Translations under genes and position numbers: made by a program | Notes under the pieces: model-generated | Database searches by the model: none | What the model was told of the DNA's origin: nothing | What the model saw: the letters and a program-made list of their open reading frames with translations, nothing else | In this document: in pieces, positions 1-7,705 of the stretch | How the letters are laid out: every line of letters starts with the position of its first letter | Numbering within the stretch: position 1 is the stretch's first letter | Source of the DNA: Breznakia blatticola | GTDB lineage: Bacteria > Bacillota_I > Bacilli_A > Erysipelotrichales > Erysipelotrichaceae | Direction: 5' to 3' | NCBI RefSeq assembly: GCF_004365815.1 | Contig: NZ_SODD01000055.1 | Coordinates: 1 to 13,573, forward strand | DNA length: 13,573 bases

Positions 1-51
1 GTGATTAATACATATGTAGCGCCGTATACGAGAACCGTACGTACGGTGCAA

Positions 52-96
52 TGGGAGGGGCGAAAGAATATATTTCTTTCCCTCTACCCTATTTTT
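52..96. terminator. GC-rich stem-loop between the ssb stop and the window edge; possible terminator for convergent transcription
   Basis: GAAAGAA (62-68) pairs with TTCTTTC (74-80) around a TATAT loop. The stem is extended by G-rich 56-60 pairing with 81-85, with one bulged C. A T5 run (92-96) follows on the plus strand, but only after a 6-nt gap, and there is no U-tract on the minus strand. The terminator call is therefore tentative. Confidence 0.35.
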
Positions 97-412
97 CTTC
101 GTGATCTAAGAAACTTACTTTCTCAGCAACGAATTCATAATTTGTGTAGGTCTTATTTTCTTCGCTTGTATAAAAACTTGTTTGTACTCGACCGCGAACA
201 CCAACGAGTGCTCCAGGTTCACAAACATCAATTACATCTTCAGCAATACCACGCCAAAGCGTTACCTGAAATACATCATAGTCATATACATTATCCGCAT
301 TTTTAAAGTTTCGTTTTACTTTTACACTAGCAGTTGCAAATTTAATATTTGAGCTAGTTAAACGAAGTTCTGGTTTTTCTACCATTCGACCTACAATTAC
401 AAAATGATTCAA
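89..412 (-). CDS. ssb: Single-stranded DNA-binding protein, short paralogue (107 aa) consisting of the OB fold only
   Basis: ORF 89..493 trimmed to the TTG at complement 410-412. A GAGGTG Shine-Dalgarno lies 5 nt upstream (minus strand AAAGAGGTGTTATATTG). The product, LNHFVIVGRMVEKPELR...FQVTLWRGIAEDV...VGVRGRVQTSFY...AEKVSFLD, aligns by eye to Bacillus SsbA/SsbB OB folds. The longer ORF would read through the upstream gene's terminator. Confidence 0.85.
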   Translation of the reverse strand: MNHFVIVGRMVEKPELRLTSSNIKFATASVKVKRNFKNADNVYDYDVFQVTLWRGIAEDVIDVCEPGALVGVRGRVQTSFYTSEENKTYTNYEFVAEKVSFLDHEEK

Positions 413-475
413 TATAACACCTCTTTTCTTTCTTGTCACGTATATATAGGCAAGAAAAAGAAAGTATCCTAAAGA

Positions 476-511
476 AGATAAAAAAACCATCACAGAATAT
501 CAATGATGGTT
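476..511 (-). terminator. Rho-independent terminator of the DUF567 gene
   Basis: Minus strand reads AACCATCA-ttgatattctg-TGATGGTT followed by TTTTTATCTT. The 8-bp stem occupies 485-492 and 504-511, and it starts 18 nt after the TAA at 530-532. Confidence 0.7.
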
Positions 512-529
512 ATCATAGAGTTTATTGAA

Positions 530-1003
530 TTAATTATTACTATCTAACTTCACACGATCAATGGCAATGACAAGTGCAACAATTAGTTTTTCATAAGTAT
601 CATCATCAATTTTAATTACATAAGAATCACCCCAAGTAAACCATTCTTTATGAATCGAAGCAATCTGTCGGTTTTGCAGTGTGATTGTAAAGTTCATATC
701 CCATATATCACCACTTACTTCAATGCCATCAGCTTCAATGTGATATTTTGCATGAAAAAATGAGAAGTCACGGTAAATGGTAGCGACATCATAACCATCA
801 ATATCAACATAAAACCGTGGTAAGAAGCTAAATACCTTTTTGGTTATTGTTGCAAACTCACCATTTGCATCATAAATTGTAAAATGTTTAGGTATTTCCA
901 TGAAGCTTCCTTCAACCCAATATATGGGTGTTTCATTTGCATCGAAAACGGTAAATTTTTCTCCTATCGAGAATACTTTTTGTTTTATATAGAGTGTTTT
1001 CAT
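530..1003 (-). CDS. LURP-one-related / DUF567 family protein (YxjI-like, tubby C-terminal-like fold)
   Basis: Intact 157-aa ORF with AAGAGGT just upstream of the ATG. The sequence pattern MKxLYIKQKxFSxxxKFxVxDxxxxxxYxVEG...FxIxDxxG...WxxxF is the one I recognise from YxjI/LURP-one-related proteins. The family call is from memory and was not searched. Confidence 0.75.
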   Translation of the reverse strand: MKTLYIKQKVFSIGEKFTVFDANETPIYWVEGSFMEIPKHFTIYDANGEFATITKKVFSFLPRFYVDIDGYDVATIYRDFSFFHAKYHIEADGIEVSGDIWDMNFTITLQNRQIASIHKEWFTWGDSYVIKIDDDTYEKLIVALVIAIDRVKLDSNN

Positions 1004-1022
1004 AGTACCTCTTTCTATATGT

Positions 1023-1031
1023 ATAATAGCA
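1023..1031 (-). promoter_or_regulatory. Candidate extended -10 promoter for the DUF567 gene
   Basis: Minus strand reads TGCTATTAT (TGnTATTAT), about 20 nt upstream of the ATG at 1003 and directly after the upstream operon terminator. The -35 is weak (TATTTT at 17 nt). Confidence 0.35.
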
Positions 1032-1043
1032 CAAACGATGACA

Positions 1044-1076
1044 GAAAATAAAAAAGATGACTATTTGCCATCTTTT
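1044..1076 (-). terminator. Rho-independent terminator ending the rnj-ftsK-ymfF-ymfH operon
   Basis: Minus strand reads AAAAGATG-gcaaatagt-CATCTTTT followed by TTATTTTCTG. The ymfH TAG stop (1061-1063) lies in the loop. Confidence 0.65.
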
Positions 1077-2338
1077 GGAAGTATTTCAACTTCACATGTA
1101 TTATTGATATCAATTAGAGCACTTGCCTCTTTAATGACATCCTTATTTACTTTATTCACAATTTCTAGACTTTCAAAGAAATCCAATCCTGCAAAGTATG
1201 TACGAACAAATCCAATACTAATGGAATCAAAACTATTAAGCGATGTTACATTACTTCCATATACACGACGCTTCATATTTTCGAGTTCTTTTTCATCAAA
1301 GTCACAAATATTTTGTAGTTCATGTTTAATGGTTGCATAGAATTCTTCAATCTTATTGGTTTCTGTGCTAAATGCGATAAGTCCATAATCTTTTGTGAAT
1401 TCTACGTCATATGAGAAAGAATCATTGATAATTTCTTGATCCATCCATTCTTGATATTTACTTGCTAATGGTGAAAATGCAACATCTAGAGCAAAGGTAA
1501 TTGCCCATTCATATAGTTCTGCTTGTTTTGCATCACGGATTCCTGGCATCTTAAAAGTTAATGCTGTTTTTGGTGTAGTGATATCCATTTGAATTTGTGC
1601 ATGTGGTGTTTTAACTTTTATTGGTTCATCCACATAAATACGACTTGCTTGATATGGAAGTTCAAAGGTTTTCTTAGCTTGATTTTCTTTGATGGTTTCC
1701 ATTAATTCTTTTGGATCATGTCCACTAACTCCTACTAAAATCATACGACTTGGATGATAATTTAGTTGATAACATTCATATAGTGTTTCTAGTGTAATTG
1801 CATTTACACTATCTGCAGTACCACCAATATCATGTTTCATTGGGTGAATATCAAAAACGGAAGCAAATAACTCGCTAAATAGACGAGCATCAGGCATTTG
1901 ATTATACATTTCAAGTTCTTGAATGATAATCCCCTTCTCTTTTTCGACAGACTCTTTGGTAATCGTTAGCTCTTGAACAAAATCAAGCAGTAAATTCAGT
2001 GGCTTGATTGGGTTATTGGTTGTTGAAAAGTAATATGCAGTTTCGTTATAAGAAGTAAATGCATTCACATTAGCTCCTAAACTAGAAAACTCTTCCATGA
2101 CATCCTTACCTTCTTTTTCAAACATCTTATGTTCCAAAAAGTGTGCAACTCCTTCTGGGTATGTATGAACATTTCCATGTTCATCTTTTTGGTCGTGATC
2201 ACGTCCACCAAATGGTGTTGCAAACACGAAATTGCTTTTCTTAAATCCAGGTTTTTGCCATAAAATGACATGTAAACCATTTGGTAAAGTTTCACTAATA
2301 TAGCTTTCCTTAAAGTGATGATTTGTAATTGTTTCCAT
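1061..2338 (-). CDS. ymfH: M16 family zinc metallopeptidase (insulinase/pitrilysin-like), catalytically competent subunit, YmfH-like
   Basis: 425-aa ORF. The inverzincin motif HFLEH is encoded at 2129-2143 (minus strand CAC TTT TTG GAA CAT), with the downstream NAFTSYNETAYY glutamate region. The ATG overlaps the upstream stop (TAATG). The position after the inactive partner and ftsK matches B. subtilis ymfF-ymfH. Confidence 0.9.
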   Translation of the reverse strand: METITNHHFKESYISETLPNGLHVILWQKPGFKKSNFVFATPFGGRDHDQKDEHGNVHTYPEGVAHFLEHKMFEKEGKDVMEEFSSLGANVNAFTSYNETAYYFSTTNNPIKPLNLLLDFVQELTITKESVEKEKGIIIQELEMYNQMPDARLFSELFASVFDIHPMKHDIGGTADSVNAITLETLYECYQLNYHPSRMILVGVSGHDPKELMETIKENQAKKTFELPYQASRIYVDEPIKVKTPHAQIQMDITTPKTALTFKMPGIRDAKQAELYEWAITFALDVAFSPLASKYQEWMDQEIINDSFSYDVEFTKDYGLIAFSTETNKIEEFYATIKHELQNICDFDEKELENMKRRVYGSNVTSLNSFDSISIGFVRTYFAGLDFFESLEIVNKVNKDVIKEASALIDINNTCEVEILPKDGK

Positions 2339-3573
2339 TAGTTTTCATCTCCTTTACGTAAGACAAATGTAGTAAGCAACTCAATTTGAGACATTATTTC
2401 TTTGATGTCTTCTAGTGTTACTTCATAAATTTGTTTGATGATTTCTTCAACACTTACATCTGTTGCCAAAATCATATTGCGGTAACCAAAGTTCAAAATA
2501 CCATGTAAATCATCCATTTGTGTCATAAATGAATTGGCAAGCATATCCTTAACCACTTGGATGATGCTATGATCAAAATCACCTTGTTTTACACGTTCCA
2601 ATTGTTCTTTTATCAATGTGATTGTCTTATCAACATTTTCTTCATTTACTCCAACATTGACACTTAATACTCCATCATATGGATGCAATCCAGAGTGGAT
2701 GGAATATGCAAGTGAGTGTTTTTCACGCACTTCACGAAACAACAATGAAGACGGTGTTTGACCGAAGATTGCATTTGCAACTGCTAATTTCCAATAAGAT
2801 GCATCAAGATTGTTGATGTTGGTTTGATAGACCATTGAGATATACGCTTGACTAATATCACGATATTCTTCGATATAGTTATCTTTACGTTTTGCATCCA
2901 CTTTATAAGATACAGCAGGTATGATTTTCGCATCACTGATAAATGCATTCTTGATTTGCTCGATTGTAGAATCGTCTACATTACCGATAACGAGTACTTC
3001 CATAACATCATCTTGTATCATGGATTGCATAGCCTCAAGTAAACTATCCGGTGTAATGTTTTTTACTTCATCTTCAAAAAATAGGACTTGATTAGCAAGT
3101 GCATACCCTCTTCCTGCTTCGTGTAACGCTTTACTTGAAGCATACTGGCTTGGTTCATCATACATACGAGTTGTTTTACTTAGCGTCATACGAATACTTT
3201 CATCTACGTAGTTTTTATATAACTTTCCATTTTCATCAACTAATGGTTCATATAAAAATGCTTTCATGACAGCAATTGCTTCCATAATTAAATCTTCTTT
3301 GTAGTCGATATAAGATGGATCAATAATACGTGCACGTAGTTCAACAACTTGGCTATCTCCATAGGTCATATAATTGCTTGAAATACTTGCACCATACATT
3401 GCATTTAGTTTATCTACAATACTTGCTTTGGTTGGATATTGCTTACAGACATTGGTTAAATAGTCGGATATTACCATTCTTGGTGCAACACTATCTTTAT
3501 GTAATGGTGAACGAAAACGTACACTAATTACGATATTTTTGAATTTTGTTTCTTTAATAACTTTTAAATTCAT
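2338..3573 (-). CDS. ymfF: M16 family peptidase-like protein lacking the HxxEH motif (probable inactive partner, YmfF-like)
   Basis: ORF 2338..3645 trimmed to the ATG at 3571-3573, which is preceded by GGAGAA (minus strand TAAGGAGAAAACAATG). The longer form would overlap the ftsK 3' end. It has M16-like length and C-terminal domain pattern, but the zinc-motif position reads SDYLTNVCK. Confidence 0.85.
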   Translation of the reverse strand: MNLKVIKETKFKNIVISVRFRSPLHKDSVAPRMVISDYLTNVCKQYPTKASIVDKLNAMYGASISSNYMTYGDSQVVELRARIIDPSYIDYKEDLIMEAIAVMKAFLYEPLVDENGKLYKNYVDESIRMTLSKTTRMYDEPSQYASSKALHEAGRGYALANQVLFFEDEVKNITPDSLLEAMQSMIQDDVMEVLVIGNVDDSTIEQIKNAFISDAKIIPAVSYKVDAKRKDNYIEEYRDISQAYISMVYQTNINNLDASYWKLAVANAIFGQTPSSLLFREVREKHSLAYSIHSGLHPYDGVLSVNVGVNEENVDKTITLIKEQLERVKQGDFDHSIIQVVKDMLANSFMTQMDDLHGILNFGYRNMILATDVSVEEIIKQIYEVTLEDIKEIMSQIELLTTFVLRKGDEN

Positions 3574-3583
3574 TGTTTTCTCC

Positions 3584-5818
3584 TTATTCGTCTTGTACAG
3601 GTTTACGATAGACTTCACGTGGTTTGGAACCATTTGCTGGTCCAATAACTCCTTGATCTTCTAGTAAATCGATAAGACGTGCAGCACGTGAGTATCCAAT
3701 TGAAAACTTTCTTTGGATAAATGATGTACTGGCTTTTTGTGATTCTACGACAAATTGATATACTTCATCAAATAGCGGATCACTACTAATTGTACTGTTT
3801 ACTTGTCCATCGTGCTCTTCTAAGCGTAAGAAAGCATCTTCATAGTTAGGTCCAGCCTGTTTTGAACTAGCTGCAGCAATCGCTTCAACTTCATCATCTG
3901 AGACAAAACATCCTTGCACACGAATTGGTGAGTTTTCACCTTGTGGAATATATAACATATCACCAAGTCCAAGCAACTTCTCAGCCCCTTGTTGGTCCAA
4001 AATGGTACGTGAATCAATTGCCGAGCTTACAGCAAAAGCAATACGACTAGGAATATTCGCCTTAATTACTCCAGTAATAACATCAACACTTGGTCTTTGC
4101 GTTGCAACAATCAAGTGAATACCTGCAGCTCTAGCAAGTTGGGTAATACGTTGAATACTTGCCTCTACTTCTTTAGCAGCAACTAACATTAAATCGGCAA
4201 GTTCATCAATAATTACGACAATCCATGGTAATGGTTTTGCCCCAGTCTTTTTGACAAACTCATTATATCCGGCAATGTTACGAACACCAGCTTGTGAGAA
4301 GTAATTATAGCGTTCTTCCATGATATTCACGACCACTTTAAGTGCTCGATTTGCACTATCTCCATCGGTAATTACTGGTCCAAGTAAGTGCGGGATATTT
4401 GCATACATCGTAAATTCCACTTTCTTTGGATCAATAAGCAACATTTTAACTTCATCTGGTTTTGTGCGCATCAGTAATGAAGTAATAATACTGTTTACAC
4501 AAACACTTTTCCCACTTCCGGTTGCTCCTGCAATTAGTAAGTGAGGCATTTTATTTAGTTCGCCATAAACATTATTCCCCATCAAATCTTTACCCAAAGC
4601 AAACAGTAGTTTCTTATTTGCACTACTTTGTGGAATGGTGCGTAATAAATCACGAATATTTACTAAGGTTTTCTCTTGGTTAGGGATTTCAATACCGACA
4701 GTACTTTTTCCTGGAATTGGCGCTTCAATACGAATATCTTTAGCTGCTAGTCCCATTTTTATATCTTGTTGAAGATTGCTGATTTTATTAACACGAACAC
4801 CCTCTTCAACTTTTAATTCAAACTTTGTGACACTTGGTCCGATATGTGTTGCCACAAGTTGTGTATTTACATCGAATTGCTTCAAAATGTACACAAGACG
4901 TTTTCCTGCTTCATTTGCTGCATTTACATTACTGCTATTCTTCCCTTTTCGTTCAGGAATGGCAAGTAAGTTTAAACTTGGAAGTTTATATCTTGAGTAG
5001 TCTGTTGAAACCGTACGTTCATTTGTTGATGTTTGCTCTACTACTTCTGGTGTTGGTTCTGCAGGTGATAGTACATCTACTTCATCATAGTCATCAGCTA
5101 ATATTCCAACATTGGTTGGTTGTGTATCTTGATATAGTAAATCTGCAAAATCCTCGGTTGGTTCTTCTTCCACTTCTTCATAATCTAAAATCTTTGCTTC
5201 TTTATCAGCGACGCGCTTAATTTTACGATTTTCTTTACGCACTTCATGTTTTTCACCCATACGTGTAAACATCGCTTTAATACGCTCACGATCTTCTTTA
5301 CGTAAAGCTACAACAATATAAATCAGTGTGAGTCCTGCAAGTAAGATATAAGTTCCACTTTTATCAAATAAGATCGTCGATAGACTGTAAAGAAGTGCTC
5401 CGATGATTCCTCCACCTGCATGAAATGCACCACTTAGTATATTACTTGTATTCTTAAGATAGTAATTTAAAAATGCTTGCCCTTTGAAGTTAACATCCAT
5501 AAAGGTTGTTAAAAAGGTTTGCATCATTAAAAATCCAATAATTGTCATTATGACAAGTTTTGTGTTGAGTCCGCGTAAGGTTTTCTTAATCATGTAATAA
5601 ACACAAAGTATGATGCATAGTGCAAATACTGCTGGTGTACTTTCCCCAAAAATGAAGCGCATTCCATGGTTTAACATTTCCCCAACAAGTCCAACACTTA
5701 ATAACCCGATAAGTGCTACTGTAATAAAAAGTAAACAGTAGACATAGAGAAGAACCTCACTTTCTAAAGCGCGGTTCTTCTTTTTATTTGTTCTTTTTGT
5801 TGTTTTCTTTTTCGCCAT
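3584..5818 (-). CDS. ftsK: DNA translocase FtsK/SpoIIIE
   Basis: 744 aa. It has a lysine-rich N-terminus followed by about 4-5 hydrophobic helices and an acidic/Pro/Thr-rich linker. The motor domain carries Walker A GATGSGKS (encoded around 4504-4530) and Walker B VVIIDELADL. The C-terminal gamma winged-helix reads SFIQRKFSIGYSRAARLIDLLEDQGVIG. SD AGGTGG lies 7 nt upstream. Confidence 0.95.
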   Translation of the reverse strand: MAKKKTTKRTNKKKNRALESEVLLYVYCLLFITVALIGLLSVGLVGEMLNHGMRFIFGESTPAVFALCIILCVYYMIKKTLRGLNTKLVIMTIIGFLMMQTFLTTFMDVNFKGQAFLNYYLKNTSNILSGAFHAGGGIIGALLYSLSTILFDKSGTYILLAGLTLIYIVVALRKEDRERIKAMFTRMGEKHEVRKENRKIKRVADKEAKILDYEEVEEEPTEDFADLLYQDTQPTNVGILADDYDEVDVLSPAEPTPEVVEQTSTNERTVSTDYSRYKLPSLNLLAIPERKGKNSSNVNAANEAGKRLVYILKQFDVNTQLVATHIGPSVTKFELKVEEGVRVNKISNLQQDIKMGLAAKDIRIEAPIPGKSTVGIEIPNQEKTLVNIRDLLRTIPQSSANKKLLFALGKDLMGNNVYGELNKMPHLLIAGATGSGKSVCVNSIITSLLMRTKPDEVKMLLIDPKKVEFTMYANIPHLLGPVITDGDSANRALKVVVNIMEERYNYFSQAGVRNIAGYNEFVKKTGAKPLPWIVVIIDELADLMLVAAKEVEASIQRITQLARAAGIHLIVATQRPSVDVITGVIKANIPSRIAFAVSSAIDSRTILDQQGAEKLLGLGDMLYIPQGENSPIRVQGCFVSDDEVEAIAAASSKQAGPNYEDAFLRLEEHDGQVNSTISSDPLFDEVYQFVVESQKASTSFIQRKFSIGYSRAARLIDLLEDQGVIGPANGSKPREVYRKPVQDE

Positions 5819-5835
5819 ATTCTGCCCACCTATTA

Positions 5836-7500
5836 TTATACGTTTGTTGTTTCTAAAATCACGGGTAAAACCATTGGTCGTTTCCCTGTTTCTTTAACCA
5901 AATACTTACTGATTTTATCTTTTGCTTCTGCACGACATTCTAAGTTATCGTAACGGCGATCTTTTACTGCTTTTTCGATTGTTTTTTTCATGATGTTCAT
6001 TACTTCTTTAATTAAGTAATCTGCATCTTTTAAATATACAAGACCTCTTGTTTGTACATCAATTCCACTGATGATTTTCTTTGTGCGATTATCTAGTGTA
6101 ACACCAATAATCATCACACCATCTGTTGACAACCATTCACGGTCTTTTAAAACAACCCCAGTTACATCCCAATTTTCATCTCCATCAATGAGTTGATCTT
6201 CAAGTTTGATCACTTCATCTGTAGAAATTAGCTTTTTATTTTGGAATGTTGCCACTTGTCCATTGTCTAATAGGATGATTTTGTCATCATCATATCCCAT
6301 TGAACTTGCTAAATTAGCATTCGCAATCAAATGACGATATTCACCTTTTACTGGAATGTAGTATTTTGGTTTAAATAGAAATAATGCCATTTTTAAATCT
6401 TCTTTTGAAGGGTGCATACTTGCAGCATCTTTTGCTTTAAAAGAGTAAATGCGTCCACCTTCTTTATAGATTTCATTTTCCATATTTACTGCTTCATGCT
6501 CAGTCCCATTAACCACAGGACTTGTAATAACAATTGTGTCATTCTTTTGCATTTCTACATATTTATCTTCATTAGTCGCAATTGTTGAAATCTTAAGGAA
6601 CAAGCGTTTTCCACGACCTGTAACTAAAATCACAACATTTTTCATATCATTTTTAAATTGATCACGTGGAATGATCATGTTCTTTGGTAATTTATAGTAA
6701 CCAAGTTCATCAAGATATTTTAACGTTTTAATCATTTCTTTATCACGAATAAAGACTTTCTTTTTGTATTTAATCGCCATGTCTAATATTTCCATAATGC
6801 GGTATAGACTTTGACGGTAACAAGCAACAATTAGACGATTCTTACCACTTTCTTCAAAGATTGGTTCTAACTTCTCTTTGATTTGGTGGTGTGGTGCTGT
6901 GTGTCCTTCATTTGTAGCACTAACGGATTCGCTTAGTAATGCTAGAACACCCTTGTTTCCAATTTCACTTAGCACATTCACATCCATGCGGTATTCATCA
7001 CTTAAACTATTGTAATCAACAATGAACTCTCCTGAGAATACAACAGCACCTTGGCTTGTCATAAAAGCAATTCCAAAGTTATCTGGTGATGCATGTGTCA
7101 TCGCAAAGGTACGAACTGGCACACCTTCAATTTTAAATGTCGATGAGCGATCAACGACATGAAGAATGTACTCATTAATTCCCGCTTCATGTAATAAGTC
7201 ATGCACAAAAAGCGATGTAAACTTCCCTGTATAAACAGGAATATTGATCTGTTTAAGCAAGAATGGTAATGCACGCATTACATCATCGTGTGCATGAGTA
7301 ATGAAAATCCCTGCAATTCGCTCTTGGTTTTCAATTAAGTAGTTAAAATCAGGAATGACATATTCCACTCCTAGTAAGGCGCTATCTGGAATCATGATTC
7401 CCGCCTCAACGATAAAGATTACGTCGTTAATCTCAACCACGGTCATATTTTTACCGTTTTCGTCAAGACCTCCTAACGCAAATATTTTTACTGTATCCAT
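5836..7500 (-). CDS. rnj: Ribonuclease J (metallo-beta-lactamase/beta-CASP), J2-like with substituted active-site ligands
   Basis: 554 aa that aligns by eye along its full length to B. subtilis RNase J1/J2 (KIFALGGLDENGKN..., GVEYVIPDFNYL, KPKYYIPVKGEYRHL). SD AAGAGGA lies 9 nt upstream. It sits immediately upstream of ftsK, as rnjB (ymfA) lies near spoIIIE in B. subtilis. Confidence 0.9.
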   Translation of the reverse strand: MDTVKIFALGGLDENGKNMTVVEINDVIFIVEAGIMIPDSALLGVEYVIPDFNYLIENQERIAGIFITHAHDDVMRALPFLLKQINIPVYTGKFTSLFVHDLLHEAGINEYILHVVDRSSTFKIEGVPVRTFAMTHASPDNFGIAFMTSQGAVVFSGEFIVDYNSLSDEYRMDVNVLSEIGNKGVLALLSESVSATNEGHTAPHHQIKEKLEPIFEESGKNRLIVACYRQSLYRIMEILDMAIKYKKKVFIRDKEMIKTLKYLDELGYYKLPKNMIIPRDQFKNDMKNVVILVTGRGKRLFLKISTIATNEDKYVEMQKNDTIVITSPVVNGTEHEAVNMENEIYKEGGRIYSFKAKDAASMHPSKEDLKMALFLFKPKYYIPVKGEYRHLIANANLASSMGYDDDKIILLDNGQVATFQNKKLISTDEVIKLEDQLIDGDENWDVTGVVLKDREWLSTDGVMIIGVTLDNRTKKIISGIDVQTRGLVYLKDADYLIKEVMNIMKKTIEKAVKDRRYDNLECRAEAKDKISKYLVKETGKRPMVLPVILETTNV

Positions 7501-7553
7501 ATATTATAATCCTCTTTCTTTTATTCTTTTTGGTATGTAAATTTCCTTAATCA

Positions 7554-7562
7554 AGTATATCA
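7554..7562 (-). promoter_or_regulatory. Candidate extended -10 promoter for the rnj operon
   Basis: Minus strand reads TGATATACT (TGnTATACT), about 54 nt upstream of the rnj ATG. The -35 is poor (ATGTGT). Other A/T-rich -10-like hexamers exist in this spacer, so the assignment is weak. Confidence 0.25.
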
Positions 7563-7667
7563 TAAAATGCATCTAAACACATTAGAATACCCATGAAAGT
7601 CCAATGAAACCGCTTTATTTTCTCAACTTCTTATAAAATATAGCATTTTACATTTTTAATACGTAAA

Positions 7668-7705
7668 CAAAGGGTTGCAAATGATTGAATGTTGGCAAAC
7701 CTTTG
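7668..7705. promoter_or_regulatory. Imperfect inverted repeat (candidate operator) bracketing the -35 of the three-gene operon promoter
   Basis: CAAAGGGTTGCAA (7668-7680) faces TTGGCAAACCTTTG (7692-7705). Twelve of 14 positions are complementary (6 + 4 + 2 bp blocks), with an 11-nt centre containing the TTGAAT -35 box. Confidence 0.3.

Noticed and set aside
1-306. 101-aa plus-strand ORF starting at GTG at the window edge
   Set aside because: It is antisense to ssb and runs through the hairpin and intergenic region. The product is low-complexity and His/Leu-rich with no recognisable family, so it is a shadow ORF.
413-493. N-terminal extension of the ssb ORF (MMVFLSSLGYFLFLAYIYVTRKKRGVI) that looks like a signal-anchor helix
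   Set aside because: It starts on a GTG inside the 3' arm of the upstream gene's terminator hairpin and has no SD. Its hydrophobicity is a by-product of translating the T-rich terminator and promoter DNA. The TTG at 410-412 has a proper GAGGTG SD, and SSB homology starts exactly there.
1038-1340. 100-aa plus-strand ORF
   Set aside because: It is antisense to the 3' end of the YmfH-like gene and crosses its terminator. The Ser/Leu/Phe-rich product is typical of reverse-strand translation of AT-rich coding DNA.
2077-2295. 72-aa minus-strand ORF in another frame within the YmfH-like gene
   Set aside because: It is fully nested out of frame in a well-supported CDS, with no SD and no family resemblance.
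2848-3527. Plus-strand ORFs 2848..3042 and 3330..3527
   Set aside because: They are antisense to the YmfF-like gene, have no SD, and have compositionally biased products.
3574-3645. Longer start for the YmfF-like gene (MDQQMVPNHVKSIVNLYKTNKEKT...)
   Set aside because: It would overlap the last 62 nt of ftsK and has no SD. The internal ATG at 3573 is preceded by TAAGGAGAA.
3820-5220. ORFs 3820..4017 (-), 4320..4544 (+), 4776..5000 (+) and 4834..5220 (+) inside ftsK
   Set aside because: All are nested in or antisense to the strongly supported FtsK CDS. Two of them overlap each other in different frames. These are shadow ORFs.
7355-7540. 61-aa plus-strand ORF spanning the rnj start
   Set aside because: It is antisense to the rnj 5' end and its RBS, with no SD and no homology signal.
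7540-7690. Possible small peptide ORFs or a riboswitch/sRNA in the 245-bp divergent intergenic region (e.g. ATGAAACCGCTTTATTTTCTCAACTTCTTATAA, and the ATGAAA direct repeat at about 7593-7616)
   Set aside because: The mini-ORFs are 10 codons or shorter and lack an SD. I recognise no riboswitch core or stable conserved fold. The region is adequately explained by two divergent promoters and their leaders.
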